The notes under the pieces were generated by a model. The model did not search any database. It was not told the origin of the DNA and worked only from the letters and a program-made list of their open reading frames with translations. From Candidatus Latescibacterota bacterium (GTDB lineage: Bacteria; Latescibacterota; UBA2968), in contig OZ220741.1 in NCBI GenBank assembly GCA_965116885.1, positions 832,001 to 896,000 on the forward strand: a stretch of DNA of 64,000 nt, read 5' to 3'. Made by a program: the position numbers and the translations under genes. Positions 58,830-64,000 of this stretch are shown here, one piece after another (within the stretch, counting starts at the first letter, position 1; each line of letters opens with the position of its first letter).

Positions 58830-59180
58830 CTATCGTGTGATATACCTGGGACGATTGACGGCTTCTGCGACCTGAATATGTGCGCTATGTCCAATTTTTG
58901 GCCGAACGACAATATCGATGTCACGGTCTAATGCCCGCAAGAAAGACAACAGACGCTCGATAGAAAATCCGGCTAATCGTCCATTCTTAAGTGCAGAGAC
59001 TTTGGGTTGGTCAATACCGAGAACACCTGCGGCTTTTTTTTGCGTCCAACCCTTTTGTCCAATGATTTTATTAATTTGAATTGCCAAATCTGATTTTGCC
59101 AATTCTTCTTCTGGACGGTCAAATCCCAGGTCCTTGAATACGTTGCCCGACCCGACTGTGTAGTCTGCTTTTTCGCTCAT
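58830..59180 (-). CDS. XRE-family HTH antitoxin
   Basis: GSGNVFKDLG, TQKKAAGVLGIDQPKVSAL..G....FSIERL. Confidence 0.9.
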   Translation of the reverse strand: MSEKADYTVGSGNVFKDLGFDRPEEELAKSDLAIQINKIIGQKGWTQKKAAGVLGIDQPKVSALKNGRLAGFSIERLLSFLRALDRDIDIVVRPKIGHSAHIQVAEAVNRPRYITR

Positions 59181-59536
59181 GTTTTATTTTCCTTTGCAAT
59201 TTGTTCTGCCATTTTCAAACGTCTTTTTATCGTATCCAGATCGCGTTTTGTTGTTGCAATACCGCGTTTTGATTTTTTTTGAAAGACATGCAAGACATAG
59301 ATGTTGTCGTCAATTTTTATTGCATAAACTGCTCGATAAGTGTTTGTTGCATAATCGCTGACAATTTCAATGACGCCAGAAAAGCCCTTTAACGTCTTTG
59401 CTTTATGAGACCTTTCTCCAACTTCCTCCATGTGAAGCGCGTGTCCAATTTCTCGTCTCACTGCACCAGGAAGTTTCCGCAGGTCTCTTAGCGATGAACC
59501 GATCCAGATAATGGATCTTTGGAGTTTTGCATCCAT
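59177..59536 (-). CDS. RelE/ParE-superfamily toxin (Gp49/DUF891-like)
   Basis: WIGSSLRDL, TYRAVY, IYVLHVFQKKSKRG; overlaps the antitoxin start. Confidence 0.9.
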   Translation of the reverse strand: MDAKLQRSIIWIGSSLRDLRKLPGAVRREIGHALHMEEVGERSHKAKTLKGFSGVIEIVSDYATNTYRAVYAIKIDDNIYVLHVFQKKSKRGIATTKRDLDTIKRRLKMAEQIAKENKT

Positions 59537-59652
59537 AATAGATAATATGCTAAATTTAGTATATTTTTGCAAGTGGACTTGACCTGTTTTGGTGGTTACC
59601 TTATTAGTATTCTTAATTTTCAATTTCTAATTAGCATTCTCAGGAGGCATTA

Positions 59653-60432
59653 ATGTCATTGTTTTCACTCGAAGGTCGCGTCGCCATAGTAACTGGAGCG
59701 GGGCGTGGTATTGGACGTGGTATTGCAGAGGGATTGGCTACACAGGGCGCGAAAATTGTATGTGCTGCACGCACGCGGTCTCAACTGGATGAAGTCGTAG
59801 CCACAATTCGAAAAGCGGGAGGCGACGCCATCGCTTATGAAATGGACATGAAAGACCTGGATTCCGTGCGCGGAGGCGTCGATACAGCCCTTGAAACCTA
59901 TGGACAAATTGACATCCTCGTCAACAACGCGGGCATGAACATACGCGAGCCATTTGAAGACGTAACAGAAGAACACTACGACGAAATCATGGCCGTCAAC
60001 TTGAAGGGCCTCTACTTCTTAACACAGACCGCAGTCAAACACATGATCTCGCGCAAACAGGGCAAAATCATCCACATCGGCTCATTGACAACCGACTGGT
60101 CCTTATCGCAAATTTCTGTCTATACCGCCACCAAAGGCGCCGTTGGACAACTCGCCAAAGCCCAGGCATTAGAACTGGGCAAGCACAACATCCAGGTAAA
60201 CACAATATGCCCGGGCTTTGTGGTCACGCCATTGACCGAGCGGCTCTGGGAAAATGATACAATGCGCGAATGGGGCGAATCCCGTCTGCCCATAAAGCGA
60301 TTGGCAACACCCGAAGACCTCGTCGGCACAGCCGTATTCCTCGCCGCGCCCGCATCGGACTACGTCACCGGACAATCCATCTACGTAGATGGCGGCTTCA
60401 TGGCCGGCGAAGCCTGGCCCTTGCCGGAGTAA
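59653..60432 (+). CDS. Short-chain dehydrogenase/reductase (KduD/gluconate-5-dehydrogenase-like)
   Basis: TGAGRGIG, NNAG, YTATK, VDGG. Confidence 0.92.
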   Translation: MSLFSLEGRVAIVTGAGRGIGRGIAEGLATQGAKIVCAARTRSQLDEVVATIRKAGGDAIAYEMDMKDLDSVRGGVDTALETYGQIDILVNNAGMNIREPFEDVTEEHYDEIMAVNLKGLYFLTQTAVKHMISRKQGKIIHIGSLTTDWSLSQISVYTATKGAVGQLAKAQALELGKHNIQVNTICPGFVVTPLTERLWENDTMREWGESRLPIKRLATPEDLVGTAVFLAAPASDYVTGQSIYVDGGFMAGEAWPLPE

Positions 60433-60443
60433 GGGAGAAAACA

Positions 60444-61442
60444 ATGGCGCGATATGACATACAACAAGAAAACTTCCACGGACACGCACTCTACGTATTG
60501 CGGGATATTGAAACCAATCGTGAAGCCAGCATTTTGCCCTCGGTGGGCAACAATTGTATCTCGTACAAAATCCCAAAAGGCGATGACCTGCTGGAACTCA
60601 TTTACGCCCCACCCGATCCCGACACCCTGCAAGGCCGCGCAAGCGGGTACGGCACGCCCATATTATATCCCTGGCCCAACCGCATAGACAGCGGCAAATT
60701 CACATTTGACGGCGTGGAATACCAGCTCCAAACCCCTGCCCCGGGCGAACACGCCTCTCACGGCTACGTCCACGAACGCCCCTGGCGCGTAGTCGAATCC
60801 GGCACCTCAGAAAGCGCGTGGGTAACCAGCGTCTTCACATCGTCGGACTTCCCCGAAATCGGCACACACTTTCCCTTCCCCTTTGAAGCGCGGGTAACAT
60901 ATCGGCTGAAAAACGGCGTACTATCCCTCGAATTTGAAAGCACCAACGTAGGCGACAGCGACATGCCCGTCGGCCTCGGCATCCATCCCTATTTCCCCCT
61001 GCCCCTCACTGAAAGTGGCAACCGGGATATATGCACCGTACACATGCCCGCATCGACCTACTGGCCCTTGCGCGACGACCCGATACCCACAGGAGAAATA
61101 CTACCCGTTGACGGCACCGTATTTGACGTACGCAAAAACACGCCCTTAAAAGACCGGTATTACGACAACGTCTGGTCCGGCGTATCTCTGACCGACGGGT
61201 GGAGCCGATGTGAATACACCGACCCAACCGAAGGCGTAACCATCGCAATGGAAGCCAATGACGCATTCCGCGAACTCGTACTCTACGCCCCCGACACCCG
61301 TCCCATTATCTGCTTTGAACCCTACACCTGCGTCACCAACGCCTTCAACCTGCAAAACCAGGGCATCGACGCGGGCCTGATACGCCTCCAACCCGGCGAA
61401 AAGCTAACCGGAATAATGCGGATTGTAGGTGAATTATTGTAG
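60444..61442 (+). CDS. Aldose 1-epimerase family protein
   Basis: PILYPWPNRI, SHG, GIHPYF, CFEP. Confidence 0.9.
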   Translation: MARYDIQQENFHGHALYVLRDIETNREASILPSVGNNCISYKIPKGDDLLELIYAPPDPDTLQGRASGYGTPILYPWPNRIDSGKFTFDGVEYQLQTPAPGEHASHGYVHERPWRVVESGTSESAWVTSVFTSSDFPEIGTHFPFPFEARVTYRLKNGVLSLEFESTNVGDSDMPVGLGIHPYFPLPLTESGNRDICTVHMPASTYWPLRDDPIPTGEILPVDGTVFDVRKNTPLKDRYYDNVWSGVSLTDGWSRCEYTDPTEGVTIAMEANDAFRELVLYAPDTRPIICFEPYTCVTNAFNLQNQGIDAGLIRLQPGEKLTGIMRIVGELL

Positions 61443-61500
61443 GGGCGACCCCCTGTGGTCGCCCGCTGACCGCTGGGACGGCACAGGGGCCGTCCCCTAC
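61439..61500. repeat. Inverted GTAG REP doublet (61439-61464, 61475-61500)
   Basis: Nearly identical to block 4379-4441, including the GCTGACYGCT linker. Confidence 0.9.
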
Positions 61501-61524
61501 CGCTGATCGCTGAAAGCTTTTATT

Positions 61525-62118
61525 ATGACCGACCGATTACAACAACAAATTGAATTTCTCCTCGAAATCGATAAACTCAAACAAATCATTCGGCAAACCT
61601 ATTTGCTCGACGAAACGCGGAAAGAAAACGACGCTGAACACTCGTGGCATTTTGCCATGTTTGCGCTCATCCTCGCGGAATACGCGCCCGAGCCAGTGGA
61701 TATCCTAAAAGTAATCAAAATGGCACTGGTACACGACCTCGTGGAAATCGACGCGGGCGACACCTTTCTCTACGACGAAGCGGGCAATGCCAACAAAGCC
61801 GAACGCGAAGCAAAAGCCGCCGACCGCATCTTTGCGCTCTTGCCTGCAGAACAGGGCACAGAAATACGCGCATTGTGGGAAGAATTTGAAGCAAAAGAAA
61901 CGCCCGAGGCAAAATTCGCGGGCGCAATAGACCGCTTCCAACCTTTTCTGCACAATTGCAATACTCAGGGACGCGCCTGGCGAGAGCACGGAATCACAGC
62001 CGACCGCGTCTTGCAAAGCAACAGCCATATCTCAATCGGCGCGCCAGTTCTATGGAACCGCGTACAAGAATTGGTTGATGAAATGGTCAATGAAGGATAT
62101 ATTGATCCTGGGAAATAG
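61525..62118 (+). CDS. HD-domain phosphohydrolase (YfbR/HDDC2-like)
   Basis: ENDAEHSW, VHDLVEIDAGD, LWEEFE...TPEAKF...DR. Confidence 0.9.
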   Translation: MTDRLQQQIEFLLEIDKLKQIIRQTYLLDETRKENDAEHSWHFAMFALILAEYAPEPVDILKVIKMALVHDLVEIDAGDTFLYDEAGNANKAEREAKAADRIFALLPAEQGTEIRALWEEFEAKETPEAKFAGAIDRFQPFLHNCNTQGRAWREHGITADRVLQSNSHISIGAPVLWNRVQELVDEMVNEGYIDPGK

Positions 62119-62183
62119 AGGGACTAAGAAATCACACAGTACACTATAAAATCGTTAAACATGTGATACGAGGTGATCATAAA

Positions 62184-62417
62184 ATGAACTGGGATAAATG
62201 CACAGCCGTCGAACGACATCCGGCCAAAGTGAGCGGAGCCTGGGTATTTCGTGGAACGCGCGTCCCTGTATATGCCCTGTTCGAAAATCTTCGAGAAGGT
62301 GCTTCCGTCGAGCAATTTCTCGATTGGTTCCACGGCGTCGAAGAATGGCAGGTGAAAGCTGTTCTGGACCACGAAGCAAAGGCCCTGAAGGCTCTCTATT
62401 TGACAACACCAATTTGA
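62184..62417 (+). CDS. DUF433-domain protein (putative antitoxin)
   Basis: SGAWVFRGTRVPV..LFENL..G.SVEQFL. Confidence 0.85.
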   Translation: MNWDKCTAVERHPAKVSGAWVFRGTRVPVYALFENLREGASVEQFLDWFHGVEEWQVKAVLDHEAKALKALYLTTPI

Positions 62418-62447
62418 TTATCAGGCAAAAAAATGGGAGGACCAACC

Positions 62448-64000
62448 ATGAGCCAGACACTCAAAGACTTATTGAATGACAGTTTTGAACGGCATGCGGA
62501 TCGCACGGCGGTTCGCGTATTGCGCCAGCCAGAGGAGCCTGGCGAAAGGCGATTGCAATATGTGCCGTTGACATATATGCAATTGAAGGCACAGCGAGAC
62601 CGATTGGCATCGGGCCTGGCGCAAATAGGATTGGAAAAAGGACAGCGCATCGGGCTATTGACCGATGGCGGTCTGGAATCTGTCCTGGTCTTTCTATCCT
62701 GTGATATGCTGGGATTATCCGCAGTGCCAATCTGCAACAAATTGCCCGATGATCTGCTGGTACACAGCATCAACCACTCCGGCATTGCCTATTTGTTCAC
62801 AGACGCGAGAAGTTTGGAACAGGTCGAGCGCGTGCGCGGGCAACTGAACAACCCGCCTCAGATCATCTTGACAGAAGGGCAGGGCGATAACGTCATCCCA
62901 TTTTTTGAACTAAGTCAAAAAGGCGCGGAATCACCGCCCCCAGACATAGCAATAGAACCCGACGACGAATCGAAAATCGTGTACACATCGGGATCATCGG
63001 GATTGCCCAAAGGCGTGGTTCAAACCCATCGCAATCTCGTCGGCAATATCCTGTCCGTATGGGATACGATCAGCAACCGAGACCCGGTCATCTTATTCAA
63101 ATCCGCGCCCGACTATCACACCATGGGCATATTAAATATCTACTACCCCCTATCAAAAGGCTGGACATTAGACCTGGCGCGGTCACCGGATCGCGTACTC
63201 GTAGATATCCGATATTCGGAACCCCATGGATTTTTAACAGTTCCCCTAATTTTAGACAAAGTATTTGGCAACGTGCGAAAAGAAATCGAGGCAGGTGGTG
63301 CAAAAGGCGCATTGGTCGCCCGGTCAGTACGCGCCAAACAGCGCGTCGCACGCGGTGAAGCGTCAGTCATTGACCACCTCGTCAATGCCACACTGGGCAA
63401 AAAGGTCGTCGGACAAATCAAAGAAAAGCTCTCGCAGCGCGTGGGCAGCCATCTCGAATTGTTAATCGTCGGCTCGGCAAAAGCCGACCCCGAAGCCCTC
63501 GACTTTTTCCAGGACGTACTGGACATCACCTCGCTCGAAGGCTATGGCGTCACCGAATGCAGCCCCCTGATCGCGGCAAATGTCCTGAACGGACAAAAAA
63601 CAGGCACCGTTGGACAGCCATTACAAGAAGTAAAAATCATCGCCGAAACAGGCGAGGAAATCGCTCACGGTGATCCAAAAACAGGAACCTATAGCGGCAG
63701 CGGCGATGGCATTGGCGAATTGTGGGTACACGGCAACCACGTCATGACGGGGTACCTCAACGACCCCGAACGCACCGCCGAAGTACTCGTAACCGATGAA
63801 GACGGCAAAGTGTGGTATCGCACAGGTGATGTGTTCAGCATGGACGACGAGGGATTTTTGACATTCCAGGGGCGCGTTGGACGGCAATTTAAATTGAGCA
63901 ACGGCGAATTTGTCAACCCCGAACGTCTCGAACGCATATTCGCGCGCGCATCGCTCATCGAACACGTCTTAATCTGCGGCGACCAGACCCGCACCTTTCC
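62448..64000 (+). CDS. Long-chain acyl-CoA synthetase (AMP-binding), truncated by the window end
   Basis: Manual translation from ATG 62448 (GGAGG RBS): YTSGSSGLPKG, EGYGVTE, WYRTGD, GR...FKLSNGEFVNP. Confidence 0.9.
   Translation, partial: MSQTLKDLLNDSFERHADRTAVRVLRQPEEPGERRLQYVPLTYMQLKAQRDRLASGLAQIGLEKGQRIGLLTDGGLESVLVFLSCDMLGLSAVPICNKLPDDLLVHSINHSGIAYLFTDARSLEQVERVRGQLNNPPQIILTEGQGDNVIPFFELSQKGAESPPPDIAIEPDDESKIVYTSGSSGLPKGVVQTHRNLVGNILSVWDTISNRDPVILFKSAPDYHTMGILNIYYPLSKGWTLDLARSPDRVLVDIRYSEPHGFLTVPLILDKVFGNVRKEIEAGGAKGALVARSVRAKQRVARGEASVIDHLVNATLGKKVVGQIKEKLSQRVGSHLELLIVGSAKADPEALDFFQDVLDITSLEGYGVTECSPLIAANVLNGQKTGTVGQPLQEVKIIAETGEEIAHGDPKTGTYSGSGDGIGELWVHGNHVMTGYLNDPERTAEVLVTDEDGKVWYRTGDVFSMDDEGFLTFQGRVGRQFKLSNGEFVNPERLERIFARASLIEHVLICGDQTRTF

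Noticed and set aside
1..64000. rRNA, tRNA or riboswitch (e.g. a glycine riboswitch before gcvP)
   Set aside because: None recognisable by eye, and gcvPA overlaps coaE, leaving no leader; a covariance-model scan would be needed to exclude small RNAs

Overview
Bacterial chromosomal segment that is densely coding and mostly housekeeping or catabolic. It carries an IlvD-family dehydratase (partial), a phosphoglucomutase, recG, hflKC, coaE, gcvPA/PB, a long RelA/SpoT homologue, glucan phosphorylase, a double-length uvrA, six PhyH-family dioxygenases, a sulfatase, ABC transporter genes, a GH5 enzyme and an acyl-CoA ligase (partial). The PhyH expansion, sulfatase and GWxTD protein suggest an FCB-group environmental or symbiotic bacterium; this is inference only. 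The main accessory feature is a ~7.6 kb defence island (~19.2-26.85 kb) with all genes on the minus strand. In transcription order it holds an XRE-HTH, an IrrE/ImmA metallopeptidase (a CapH/CapP-like pair), a patatin phospholipase, a cGAS/DncV-like CD-NTase and a stand-alone E2-like protein with a SEC-C zinc motif. This is an E2-only ('type II short') CBASS. It is followed by an Abi-alpha-like ORF, a YhcG/DUF1016 nuclease and a frameshifted Tag/HhH-GPD-like glycosylase. A shared operator-like box overlaps the promoters of both the regulator pair and the CBASS genes, and an IS3-family left-end scar marks the island edge. Elsewhere there are two complete toxin-antitoxin loci plus an orphan DUF433, and a family of GTAG REP/REPIN repeats. 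Three apparent pseudo-enzymes are present: a YchF with a degenerate G-domain, a Rel with a degenerate hydrolase site, and a tail-anchored receiver domain lacking the phospho-Asp. I saw no rRNA, tRNA, CRISPR array or integrase. All family assignments come from motifs read by eye, not from database searches.
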